A stretch of 64,000 bases of DNA from Candidatus Tantalella remota. Lineage in GTDB: Bacteria; Omnitrophota; Gorgyraeia; Tantalellales; Tantalellaceae. Shown here piece after piece: positions 39,401 to 47,280 of this stretch (its first letter is position 1; each line of letters begins with the position of its first letter). Location of the stretch: the NCBI GenBank assembly GCA_030765685.1, contig JAVCCB010000041.1, positions 75,549-139,548 of the forward strand, read 5' to 3'. The position numbers and the translations under genes were made by a program. The notes below the pieces were generated by a model that worked only from the letters and a program-made list of their open reading frames with translations, had not been told where the DNA came from and made no database searches.

Positions 39401-41558
39401 GGTCGTTAAGCCCGTCGCCGTTTGTCTCAAGAGTAAGCTTAAATCCCAGGGCATGGGCATGCGACACTATCTTTAGAAAATTCGGGTTCGTAAGCGGCTC
39501 ACCGCCGCCCGTGAACCTCAGGCTTTTTACGCCCATTTGCGCGAAATCGTCCAGCATCTTAATTCCCTTATCCAGGTGAATTATCTTTTCATGGCTTTTC
39601 CGGAAAGGCGCGTCAAAACACATCACACAGTCGTTGTTGCAAAGATTCGAAATATCAATATCCACCCTGACCGGCGCGATCTCACCCGTAACCAGATGTT
39701 TTCTTAAACCCTCAATAAACTCCAGCGGATCTTCGGGACAGAACTTTGACGCGTTGGTCCTGAACAGTGATATCCGTTCGCCGTCAAAAGCGGCCATCCC
39801 GTCCCAGTTATTAAAATCACTCACTACCGACCTGTGACCAGATACAGAATTCTTAGTTTTACGGACAATTTTTTCGATGAGTTCTTTTACTTCTGGACGC
39901 TTATCTTTAGGAATATTGTAACGATGAAGAGGACGTTCCTCTCCCTTTTCTCCGACCTGTAGACGGATTTCACTTACAGACTTTATTAAACCCTTTACTA
40001 AGTCCGCAGAAAAATTCATTATTGTGTCGTTAAATCGATAGTGGCTGGTTTTTTCGGCGGGAACGAATATTCCCAGGTCTTTGAGTATCTCGAATTCCTT
40101 AGCGACTGTTCTTTTAGCGAACGGCCTTATCTCGGTCATTTCGCGGACGGATATCCCCTCCCCGCTTAGCGCCTTAGCAAGAAGCCCTTCATCATCCCTT
40201 ATCATCTCCAGAAGATCCGCGGGTGAACCTTTGGGAACATTCTGATCCAATGTTTCTCTATTTATTTTATTTCGTAAAATCACCATATTCCCCGTCTGTG
40301 AAGCTTTCCGATGTATACTATCCACTTCTTGCATATACCACATTCCTTGTCCAGCCCCACCGCTTGCTGTCACGCCGTATCCGCCCCATGCCGCTTCCAT
40401 ACCATTCGCAACTCTCTCATCATTCGTAACCCATCTCGTGCTCATTGGACCATTTCCCTTATCAACACTGCTGGCCTCAACAAAATCCTGTTCAAACCGG
40501 ATAATTAAAAATCCTTCAATTGCATGTTGCCATATATTTCGAGCTAGTTCTTGTATTGCCACGGCCATTTTATCAGGCCGCTTCATGCCGTGGTCATTCG
40601 TATATACACCGATCATGTCAATTTCTTCATCTGTCAAACCGATTTTTTGAAGTGCCTGGATAGGAGACTCTGTGAATGCGTTAAGGTGCGCTATATCCTT
40701 TAGTCCCAATCTCTCACCCAATCCTGATTTATTACCGGTATTGCGTGCTGAGGAATAAAAAACTTTAGCATTATGGTCTTTTTCCATTATATTAATGATC
40801 TCTCGAATCCTATCTTCATCCCTTTCTTCTTTTCTTACCTCGCTCCACAATTCTTTCCGCAACTCCGAAAATCTCTTTTTTTCGGGCTTCACTTTCTTGC
40901 CGCTAACCTGATAAAACCTCATCCCGCTGTTTCGAGCAAGACGTATCTTCTCATTCCTTCGGCTCGCTTCCCAAAACTCTCCAGTAAAATAATTGTGTTT
41001 GTTGGCGTTAATAACAGGCTCTATTTTATTAAGGAAGATAGCGTCTTCGAACGGAAGCTCGCCGCGCAAAATAACTCCTTCATTAAGAAGTATCAGCCAT
41101 TCGAAAGCCTTAGCGACCGTGTCGTTCACATAAAGGTTCAGGGGAAGTTCGTTAGTACGGGCGGGCGGAAAGTTATTTAATATTACTTCTTTAATACCCT
41201 GGTATCTGAATCTCTCCTTCTTCTTGAGTATCTGCATCAACGCTTCTATGTCCTCGTGAAGAACGGACCGGAGGAATGTTATGTCATCCGCGGCCATATT
41301 CTCATCTATCAGATATTTGCCGGAAGAAAGAAGAAGACATTTAGCGTCGTTATTATCAAGAAGTCTCCTAGCATCGTCGGAATCGGCTAACCTGACATTG
41401 GAATGCCTGTAAAGCTCGGCAAGGACTTTCCTTTTGACAATAGGATTTTGGGCGGCGGGAAGCGTACCAAGACCATAACTGAACGTGTTCAATGAAAACG
41501 TCAGAATAACGATTAATGATATGGTTTTTTTCAGTACTCTCTTCATTTTCCTTCCCAA
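33414..41558 (-). CDS. giant 2714-aa multidomain protein of unknown function (signal anchor, GHKL-like, radical SAM/SPASM-like, GlnE-like nucleotidyltransferase, guanylate kinase, DUF89-like phosphatase, second GHKL-like segment, long C-terminal region)
   Basis: Single stop-free 8145-nt ORF. N-terminus MGRKMKRVLKKTISLIVILTFSLNTFSYG. CNNDCVMC (CxxxCxxC) at aa 640-647 plus downstream cysteine pairs. GSVSREESNFYSDLDLFIV at aa 1078-1096. GPSGAGK...TTTRKPR...EDGVHYFF at aa 1499-1546. VLDNYGE...VIKGDWNYK at aa 1802-1914. Recurrent KGSP linkers. Confidence 0.8.
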   Translation of the reverse strand: MGRKMKRVLKKTISLIVILTFSLNTFSYGLGTLPAAQNPIVKRKVLAELYRHSNVRLADSDDARRLLDNNDAKCLLLSSGKYLIDENMAADDITFLRSVLHEDIEALMQILKKKERFRYQGIKEVILNNFPPARTNELPLNLYVNDTVAKAFEWLILLNEGVILRGELPFEDAIFLNKIEPVINANKHNYFTGEFWEASRRNEKIRLARNSGMRFYQVSGKKVKPEKKRFSELRKELWSEVRKEERDEDRIREIINIMEKDHNAKVFYSSARNTGNKSGLGERLGLKDIAHLNAFTESPIQALQKIGLTDEEIDMIGVYTNDHGMKRPDKMAVAIQELARNIWQHAIEGFLIIRFEQDFVEASSVDKGNGPMSTRWVTNDERVANGMEAAWGGYGVTASGGAGQGMWYMQEVDSIHRKASQTGNMVILRNKINRETLDQNVPKGSPADLLEMIRDDEGLLAKALSGEGISVREMTEIRPFAKRTVAKEFEILKDLGIFVPAEKTSHYRFNDTIMNFSADLVKGLIKSVSEIRLQVGEKGEERPLHRYNIPKDKRPEVKELIEKIVRKTKNSVSGHRSVVSDFNNWDGMAAFDGERISLFRTNASKFCPEDPLEFIEGLRKHLVTGEIAPVRVDIDISNLCNNDCVMCFDAPFRKSHEKIIHLDKGIKMLDDFAQMGVKSLRFTGGGEPLTNPNFLKIVSHAHALGFKLTLETNGDGLNDRLIDVISRYMDHIRVSVNAATNETRVKVHRPKKRAFTFDRLVENLGKISQKRHELGRDGELLIGATFLIMPENHSEVEDFIRIMKKAGVNWVAVRKTFDQGFYKEKPHLLEAAMKKFKEARERYEDSDFRVAGPYGVTYTPKKDFDECLIGATRIIVLANSTQSLCCMARDGINLDKIDLGEIGDEDRPITSLMERRKKKINRFMETAPSFCDVCIDMDFNHFLNKARDLLEESPERDFRKVQFFMHNGSEIMIGDKSDASGIIPIFLPVEEYRKIIQGEVLAVDPGNVLNIAAKVDPYLARRARQYASEKGRVRDRALETGRPEGRETGRQYAALDRAVLLKLKEIYLRPSTDVLVSGSVSREESNFYSDLDLFIVESGRKDPGIGPFLDAVKIVTGKTIQVRHGLKDEMRELFIDYPYDRMMILDATPLGTEASLGDILGLSPVEIRSKKAETALFFAMGNLIAEERTRGVSDADINLKHDAGMFKYFSFFLGTLKYLDIPLTEKDREFADRYYDFILSFRDDVQRFYGRETRVIGGEYIEANGDKGPPLVELKRFRAEAIAVFHSYLPGILDICGRRISGLSGYDLGTVIDEAYSGKAAFPENSTPEAVLSTLASVSRDPSILKEVLRISLEEGHWVPLFFAARNSATYHEDLVVLSQLPGYVNRDVRYEAAKNPNAGRDMWEALADDIHLPISKYCRRKLGAEVPETEREPIVTQVTGEDFWAEDIRKTFSVVFGIIGKNAGDEAKRAGFEMAGIEAEKGLFNHPAGDPLIIIVSGPSGAGKDAAIAKLTARLPGLERAVSTTTRKPRSLETGEMEEDGVHYFFTSKENFKEKEDEGAFLQDVEVRPGEFCGLEKDHIDDLIAGGKDIIVNVDPEGARQIREMFPKNNISIFIKAESMDELTSRLKKRGSETEEEITVRMRNAKDQMEHSGEFDFVVTNERGELETTAEVVRNIVRIKREEAETVRTGSARKIRYPRAMAEIFGSAGRFVEDPFGAARDRLNGFALSLYREHVSLFESLTPSQLLKLSASFNRFDSLLKSENVDIAAEARKLFTREEESEHLSQAVKLLERKNKVGIVLDNYGELLIDLMIAARILEEGKTVKLFTRKMPFMISDVTKEGLIDFINTMADTSETMSLAVTLEEALRSGTLQMTATDAFTDGEDLYAAGKLDILKEFAELDLVVIKGDWNYKTAIGMKSWRYDDPLEETDLKYFPSDVILLRTVKSPVIVGEKEPFELTDEPVTEIKVLAGKHGRETKGSPVDLSDKGTEARQGTGEESISVGEKPKGSPGGLPETNMDAEEKALEKFGVDVPGEENFLDLRNKSWKALLEGDDEQLGTAIKKLKQMPDVKVVFIAPQRHRRIQPGFSVSGIKTIWSGRPNKDFVERIGFTEEEMTAIGSTVFGSVGNNTDPLVPEDEYPLNGVARTAWEISSNISRYSSGGFLIIRYKHENGKKYIEINGVDVGSPIDTSVKPRDHIQDFIDFWDGVNGTRGKGSGAGLGIIRRADYHKITPSGGPGRSGNIVTAGFQIAQEQEKKTKGSPADLPDKGTEARQGTGEESSSFGDKPKGSIRPKEFPDIKVQSESETLSGKERPFRYALSESISRSLDDAAIFSMQLDGDNKFIYGRANPSREMLPKEPVGNPEGETYYQDGTIAYWYHSGGMLTHPDGEVIRNIENTNDDSAKKCIRGVLGHEMASESGFIRLAVPTDREGFLSETNPGKDMASFDECLVVQVFSAVKVLIKIGANPDKKLILDDDIKEVLLSRGLFIPEGGSLGGFLKLESEMQNLKGSPTGIPETTKDAEEAAVLAIDLLHAQLQEDRTYTIKYDQSKLSRSQVSIIRKYADILDKRSKADIKARPFSSDRGSDESLIAVYCKAPDFEGEGHVDVEVPKGDMEEYLLRVTGMVNIALAASNIPENVNEEDMHMTYGPIVGFIKNQYKLMLGSDLDLPDTASGIAKVLRHIVLVLPEASRMSYEAIEEFNMAARKALIAA

Positions 41559-41827
41559 ATGTTAGGCCAACTTTTTAAAAGCATTTAGTAAGTTTGGTTA
41601 AAAAAAGTACACCTCTATCGCATCCCCACTCCTAAGGAAATGCGGCTATGTACTTAGATCAAACCTGCAAATTTTAATGAACAAATGTATTTGCTTCTCT
41701 TGAGAACCTCTATTCCTCACAAAGGGTACTTCTCCCCTATTAGACCATTATAGCAGAAGTAATGGTTAGGTCAAGAAAAAGTTAAATACCTATTGTTTTC
41801 TTAACTTATCCACACCCCTCCTTCAGG

Positions 41828-42019
41828 GACGTTTGTCATTTTAAACCTGGGGCGTAAATAATTTTAATTCTAGACCTGTCCCTCCTGCTATTTTCAAGTC
41901 CTTTTCCACTCCCTAAAGCTTGATAAATATCAATTTTATAGCTAAAAATATGGCTGGGGACAGGCCTAGACACAAAATTAGGGACGGGTCTGGGATTAAA
42001 TCGAGAAACGTCCCTAAAA
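41828..42019. promoter_or_regulatory. array of five GGGAC(A/G)KKTCT-like motifs in both orientations, in the spacer upstream of the giant gene
   Basis: gggacgtttg (41828), agacctgtccc (about 41869-41883, inverted), ggggacaggcctaga (41956), gggacgggtctgg (41981), gaaacgtccc (42004, inverted; overlaps the ftsA stop). The second and third copies form an inverted pair about 85 bp apart. Confidence 0.35.
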
Positions 42020-43066
42020 GTAGCGTTCGATGAAGGAAAGGGCTCTATTTATGCCCCTTTTGAGGAGATTGCCCTCAAGACGGGTTTTCTGCCTGTTTAT
42101 GTGCAGGCAGTCGAGTATGCCGAGGCTTCCTATATATCCGGTCCTGTCCGGAGGAAGGTCCTCAAAAGGACGGGATATACATATGCCGGTTTTTACGGGG
42201 ATAGTAAAACTATGTTCCAACAGTTCCACCATATCGTGCATGAGGGCCCCTCCCCCGACGATAATTATCTTCCTCGCTTTTCCCCACGCGGGCAGGGTGG
42301 TTATCTTCGGGACCAGCTCTTCGAGCTTCTCACCATCAAGGGTGCCGTTATCCCTGATAATATCTCCCGTGCCAGTATTAAAGACCTTGCAGCCGTCAAG
42401 TATGCCTCTGGTAAAGATCATAACTTCCATCATATCCCTGCATATGTCTATCAGCGCCACGCCTGATTCCCTGTCCTCGGGACTCAGCACCCTGTGCGCC
42501 GCGGCAAAACCGGTAAAGACAAAACCCGCCGGCAGAAAACCTGCCTGGGATATACATTTTGACATATTCTTCACGACGGAAGAATCTATGGTAAGGATGT
42601 TGACCCGGGATTCAAGCTTAACGCCCTCAAGGTTACGCGGGTTCTTTATCTCATCTTCCCCGTCCAGGGAAAACCCTTTTACTATCCTGTGAAGGGGCTC
42701 CTTCTCTAGGGGTATCTTCGCGGCGGAGCCGATCTCGACGCACCTTTTAACGTCCCTCTCCGTCACTTCCCTGCCGTATTTTGAAAGGAGCAAAGAACCG
42801 GAAGAAAGCATGAGCTTTACAGAGCTTGAGCTGACCGCGGTATAAACGTCCTCTATCTTTTTGCCGGTCTTTTCCCTGAGCTTATTGAGGGCTCCGGCTA
42901 TAGAATCTGTGGCCATCGCAGCGTCAACGACTATACCCTTGCGAAAGCCCTTGGCATCCACGCGGCAGAACCCGTCAGGGACATAATCACCGTTTTTGGT
43001 CCAACTCGCGCTCACCAGGAATATACCGTGATACCCCGCGTCCATTACCGCAAAATGACCGCCCAT
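42014..43066 (-). CDS. ftsA: cell division protein FtsA (short form, 350 aa)
   Basis: Actin fold with a 1C-subdomain-like insertion, KIIIVGGGALMHDMVELLEHSF, downstream of ftsQ. Confidence 0.8.
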   Translation of the reverse strand: MGGHFAVMDAGYHGIFLVSASWTKNGDYVPDGFCRVDAKGFRKGIVVDAAMATDSIAGALNKLREKTGKKIEDVYTAVSSSSVKLMLSSGSLLLSKYGREVTERDVKRCVEIGSAAKIPLEKEPLHRIVKGFSLDGEDEIKNPRNLEGVKLESRVNILTIDSSVVKNMSKCISQAGFLPAGFVFTGFAAAHRVLSPEDRESGVALIDICRDMMEVMIFTRGILDGCKVFNTGTGDIIRDNGTLDGEKLEELVPKITTLPAWGKARKIIIVGGGALMHDMVELLEHSFTIPVKTGICISRPFEDLPPDRTGYIGSLGILDCLHINRQKTRLEGNLLKRGINRALSFIERYF

Positions 43067-43081
43067 ACGCTGCGTGTGCTC

Positions 43082-43954
43082 CTATTTCTTCTTGAGAGAG
43101 ATGACTGCCGGTGCCCCGAACCTGAGATCGATATATTTTATATCTTCCATCTTCATCTTCGGATCCGACATGACTTTTTTGAGTTCCACGATCTTTTCTG
43201 AAAAATCATCGGTGCCCATTTTAACGATGACACCGGATATCCCGAGGACTATGTTCTTCCTGTCGGAGATATCTATGTACTCGATCTGTTTTTTATACCC
43301 GCTCATCTTCTTGTTAAGACCATCCAGAAGAACAAGAGCCTGGGCCAGCGACCTGTTATCTACCTTATCGCCCCGGGAAGGCGTATTAATGAAAAAGTTC
43401 AACCCTTTTATTTTTACAAGCGTTCCCTTCGTCTGGCCTATCGAGAGGACAATACCCTCAGAATCTATCACGATTCCGCCCGCCGTGTCTATGACGGCTG
43501 CCGGCAGACGGGATATGATGTCCACCTCTATAGTGTCCGGCATCCTTCTGCGCACTTCCACTTTTCGGAGCTGGGGATAATCGCTCTTTATAACGGTGCG
43601 CACCTGTTTAAGGTCCACCTCGAATATATTCCTTCCCTTGTACAGTTTTTTCAGCCTGCTCTCCCCCTTCCAAAAAGAATAGTCCCTGTCCTTATTGACG
43701 ACTATCTCCTTTACAGCAAAAAAACGGCTGTTCGTAAAAAAATACCATATACCATACGTACTACCCGCTATAAGCGCGCCGCAGATGATACCCACGAGTA
43801 TGACCTTAACCGGCAACCCGCTGCCGCGGGAAGCGGATGCTCTCTTTTTTTTCTTCTTTGGCTTCTTTACAGTCCTTCTTTTTGCCACAACGTGTTCTCC
43901 TTTCGACCGTTCAACTTTCCTTGCGGGCCAATGCCCCCAGAAGCATCTTAACAC
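43082..43954 (-). CDS. ftsQ: FtsQ/DivIB (POTRA domain) cell division protein; annotated start overlaps ddl, true start probably internal
   Basis: Basic cytoplasmic N-terminus, single TM, POTRA-like FFAVKEIVVNKDRDYS, between ddl and ftsA. Confidence 0.7.
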   Translation of the reverse strand: MLRCFWGHWPARKVERSKGEHVVAKRRTVKKPKKKKKRASASRGSGLPVKVILVGIICGALIAGSTYGIWYFFTNSRFFAVKEIVVNKDRDYSFWKGESRLKKLYKGRNIFEVDLKQVRTVIKSDYPQLRKVEVRRRMPDTIEVDIISRLPAAVIDTAGGIVIDSEGIVLSIGQTKGTLVKIKGLNFFINTPSRGDKVDNRSLAQALVLLDGLNKKMSGYKKQIEYIDISDRKNIVLGISGVIVKMGTDDFSEKIVELKKVMSDPKMKMEDIKYIDLRFGAPAVISLKKK

Positions 43955-44840
43955 ATAATCCTAAAAAATCCACCCCCGCCGCGCCGGCCGCCATCGGCAG
44001 TAGGCTTCGTTCCGTAAGGCCGGGAATGGTATTGACCTCAAGAACATACACTTTCCCGTCCTCCGACAACCTCATATCGACCCTGGAAAAATCCTCACAC
44101 CCGAGGACGTTATGCGCTTTGAGTCCCGCGTCCTGCGCTTTTAGATAGGCCTCACTCTCCAGTTCAGCGGGAACGACGTATTTGGTATCTCTTGAATGAT
44201 ATTTCGCCTCAAAATCATATATCCCTTCGGCGGGCAGGATCTCAACGACCGGCAGGGCCTTCCCATCGAGCACTCCTACCGTTATCTCTCTGCCCGGGAT
44301 AAACTCTTCTATGATTATATCTTCATCGAACTCCGCAGCGATAGACACAGCTTCGTCCAGCAAGCTTTTCTTCTCCACCACCGACAGGCCGACACTCGAC
44401 CCCTCAAACCTGGGTTTTACGACACACGGCACAGCCGCCTCGACTGGTACCGGATGATCGCGTTTGGCTACCTTATATCCCGGTATGTTCAGCCCCTTTT
44501 CCTCGAAAAGCTTTTTCGAAGCAAGCTTGTCCAAAGCCAGATGGGACGCTTCAGGTCCGGATCCGGTATAAGGCACTCCTTCATCCTCCAGCATCCGCTG
44601 AACGGTCCCGTCCTCCCCGAACCTGCCATGCAACGCTATAAAAACCACGTCTATGCCGGCTTCCTCTACCACGCGCATAAAAGGATCTTCATTTACCTCG
44701 ATAAAAACCGGGTCAAACCCCGCCCCCTCCAAAGCTCCCTGGACAGTTCTTCCGCTTTTAAGGCTTATCTCCCTCTCACTTGAAGGTCCACCGGCAAGAA
44801 TACCTATTTTGTATTGTTTTAGCTTATCAATATCATTCAT
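43911..44840 (-). CDS. ddl: D-alanine--D-alanine ligase
   Basis: 309 aa ATP-grasp; FIALHGRFGEDGTVQ and C-terminal EVNTIPGLT motifs. Confidence 0.9.
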   Translation of the reverse strand: MNDIDKLKQYKIGILAGGPSSEREISLKSGRTVQGALEGAGFDPVFIEVNEDPFMRVVEEAGIDVVFIALHGRFGEDGTVQRMLEDEGVPYTGSGPEASHLALDKLASKKLFEEKGLNIPGYKVAKRDHPVPVEAAVPCVVKPRFEGSSVGLSVVEKKSLLDEAVSIAAEFDEDIIIEEFIPGREITVGVLDGKALPVVEILPAEGIYDFEAKYHSRDTKYVVPAELESEAYLKAQDAGLKAHNVLGCEDFSRVDMRLSEDGKVYVLEVNTIPGLTERSLLPMAAGAAGVDFLGLCVKMLLGALARKES

Positions 44841-44976
44841 GACATACTCTATTTCAAGTTAAGATCAAGATTTAGATTAAGAAAAATTACAGCAGCTAAA
44901 CCTTAACCTCGATCTTAACCTTATTCTCTACAATTTCCTATTCCCTATTCCCCGTTCACAGTTTACAGTTCACTGT

Positions 44977-45894
44977 TCACAATATCCTAATCTCCGACTC
45001 GAGATCTACCGAAAATTTTTCTTTTACTTCCTTCCTTATGTCGTACATAAGAGACATCACGTCAGACGCCTTCGCTCCTCCGGTATTTATAATAAAATTA
45101 GCGTGTTTTTCTGATACTCTGGCTCCCCCGTGAGAGCACCCCTTCATTCCCGCGGCATCTATCAGCTGTCCGGCGGTCTTTCCCGCCCCTTCGGGATTGC
45201 GAAATATGCATCCCAGACTTTTACCATCAAGGGGCTGTTTCTCCATCTTCTCAACAAAATAATTTTTAAGCCTTGATTCAAGCTCCCTGGGGTCCTCTTC
45301 TTCAAACTCGAAAACCGCTTCCGTTATAACATCTTTCTCGTCGCTAAGCGAAGACCAGTGCCAGGCGAAATCTATTTCCCTTTTACCTACCCACCTCGCC
45401 TCCCCGTCCGGATCCATTACTCTGACACGTACAAGCATATTGCTTACCTCCGTACGGTAGGAAGCGTTCATAAACACCGCGCCGCCCACCGTCGCGGGTA
45501 TACCCACAAGACCTTCCAGCCCGGCAAGGCCGTTGCTGCACGTCGTGGAGATGAGATCCGGCAGGGACACCCCCGCCCGTGCCATTACCATCGTATCTCC
45601 CAGGTCCTCTTCCATAAAATACTGGCTGTTAAGTTTGATAAGAACGGTCTCCAGGTCCGCGTCAGGAAAAAGGATGTTACTCCCTCCGCCAACGACCATA
45701 CTTCGTACTCCCCTCTCGGTCAAAAGCCTAATAAGACCGGCTAAGGTCTCTTCGTTCCTCGGCTCTATCCAGACCACTCCGCGGCCTCCGACCTCGATGG
45801 CGCTGCGCGGAGCCAAAGGCTCACCGAAAAATATGATATCCCCGACCTCTCTGCAATACTCCTCAATAGCGTTCCTGTCACTATCCGTTATCAT
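44977..45894 (-). CDS. murB: UDP-N-acetylenolpyruvoylglucosamine reductase
   Basis: 305 aa FAD-binding; GGGSN and C-terminal MurB motifs. Confidence 0.85.
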   Translation of the reverse strand: MITDSDRNAIEEYCREVGDIIFFGEPLAPRSAIEVGGRGVVWIEPRNEETLAGLIRLLTERGVRSMVVGGGSNILFPDADLETVLIKLNSQYFMEEDLGDTMVMARAGVSLPDLISTTCSNGLAGLEGLVGIPATVGGAVFMNASYRTEVSNMLVRVRVMDPDGEARWVGKREIDFAWHWSSLSDEKDVITEAVFEFEEEDPRELESRLKNYFVEKMEKQPLDGKSLGCIFRNPEGAGKTAGQLIDAAGMKGCSHGGARVSEKHANFIINTGGAKASDVMSLMYDIRKEVKEKFSVDLESEIRIL

Positions 45895-47260
45895 TCCTGG
45901 CCTCGTTTATTTCTTTAAGTACGGGAAGCGCTATTTCCCTTATGTCCCCCGCTCCCAGTATAAGTACAGTATCGTTCTCCTTGGCAATTTTTGAGATATA
46001 CCCCGGGATCATGTCCTTTTCGACAAAACCGAACATCTCAAAATCCTTTTTGTCCATCCTTTCCCATATATCGCGTATCCCCACGCCTTCGGTGGGGTCT
46101 TCGTGGGCCGAATAAACATCCGTCATAATAAGAACGTCCGCGTCAGAAAAGCATCCCAGAAAATCTTCCGCCAGATCATTGGTCCTTGAATGGCGGTGCG
46201 GTTGAAAGACCGCCACTACCCGCCCCTTCGTGTACCCCTTCGCGGCGCGTATTACCGCCGCCAGTTCGGTCGGATGATGCGCGTAGTCTTCTATTACCTC
46301 TATGCCCCCGGAACTTCCCACGACGTCGAACCTTCTGCTTACTCCCGGAAAGGTCCGCACCGCGGACGCGATGTCTTCGACCCCGACACCCGCCTCTATG
46401 CTGACGGCGGCGGCACCAAGTATATTCATCAAGTTATGCCTTCCCAAAAGAGAACTTTCTATTCTTCCCAACCTGCTGCCCGCGAAAAACAACTCAAAAG
46501 ATATGGACCCTTCCCAGTTCTGGTCCTCGCATGTCACGTCAAAATCCCCTTCTATGCCGAAACTTGTAGTGCGTGCCCTCGCGCCGTCAACAAGGCCCGA
46601 AAGAACCCGATCCTCTCCGTTATAAAAGATCATCCCGTCGCCGGATACGCGTCCGGCAAACTCACGATACGCGCCATGCAGGTTCTCTATGGTCCCGTAG
46701 TTCTCCATATGCTCGCGTTCAACATTAGTTATCAGGCCATGAGTGCATCCTATCTTTCTGAAGAACCCGTCGCTTTCATCTACTTCAGCCACCAGGATAT
46801 CCTCACCCCCGCACTTCGCGTTACCCCCCATTTCCCGGACCTCTCCGCCCAGGACAAAGGTAGGATTTCTGCCACTCTTTTGCATTATATAAGATATCAG
46901 AGACGACGTTGTCGTCTTTCCGTGGGTACCCGTGACAGCGATAGAGACGGGCGCCTCGCTCATCAAAAGTCTCAGGAGCTCCCCCCTGGTTATGACCTGT
47001 ATATCAAGTTCCCTGGCCTTTATCATCTCCGGATTGGAGTCTCTTATGCAGGAAGACACTACGACAAGGTTGGCATCCTCGGGGATATGACCGGAAGCAT
47101 GCCCTTGAAAAATAGTCACTCCTCTTCCGGCCAGGTCTTCAGTCAGATTGTTGAGTGTGAGATCCGACCCTGACACGGTAGCGCCCTTTTCCACCATGAT
47201 CTGAGCCAAAGCGCTCATACCGATCCCGCCGATCCCTATAAAATGTATCTTCTTTTTCAT
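45881..47260 (-). CDS. murC: UDP-N-acetylmuramate--L-alanine ligase
   Basis: 459 aa; HFIGIGGIGMSALA N-terminus, Mur ligase GTHGKTTT P-loop. Confidence 0.9.
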   Translation of the reverse strand: MKKKIHFIGIGGIGMSALAQIMVEKGATVSGSDLTLNNLTEDLAGRGVTIFQGHASGHIPEDANLVVVSSCIRDSNPEMIKARELDIQVITRGELLRLLMSEAPVSIAVTGTHGKTTTSSLISYIMQKSGRNPTFVLGGEVREMGGNAKCGGEDILVAEVDESDGFFRKIGCTHGLITNVEREHMENYGTIENLHGAYREFAGRVSGDGMIFYNGEDRVLSGLVDGARARTTSFGIEGDFDVTCEDQNWEGSISFELFFAGSRLGRIESSLLGRHNLMNILGAAAVSIEAGVGVEDIASAVRTFPGVSRRFDVVGSSGGIEVIEDYAHHPTELAAVIRAAKGYTKGRVVAVFQPHRHSRTNDLAEDFLGCFSDADVLIMTDVYSAHEDPTEGVGIRDIWERMDKKDFEMFGFVEKDMIPGYISKIAKENDTVLILGAGDIREIALPVLKEINEARNDNG

Positions 47261-47280
47261 AATGGTATTTAATTTTATCA

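Noticed and set aside
42014-43066. FtsA possibly truncated or pseudogenised (350 aa versus about 420 aa typical)
   Set aside because: The reading frame is intact from an N-terminal actin phosphate-1 motif to a C-terminal amphipathic segment. A shorter FtsA is plausible in divergent lineages, so I did not call it a pseudogene.
46190-47173. 327-aa plus-strand ORF and several other plus-strand ORFs of 100-250 aa (for example 383-943, 7022-7567, 7823-8434, 23190-23837, 38661-39398, 48537-49244, 54442-54924)
   Set aside because: All are embedded antisense within confidently assigned minus-strand genes (murC, pilC, aroA, giant gene, ftsW, murE). None shows family signatures.
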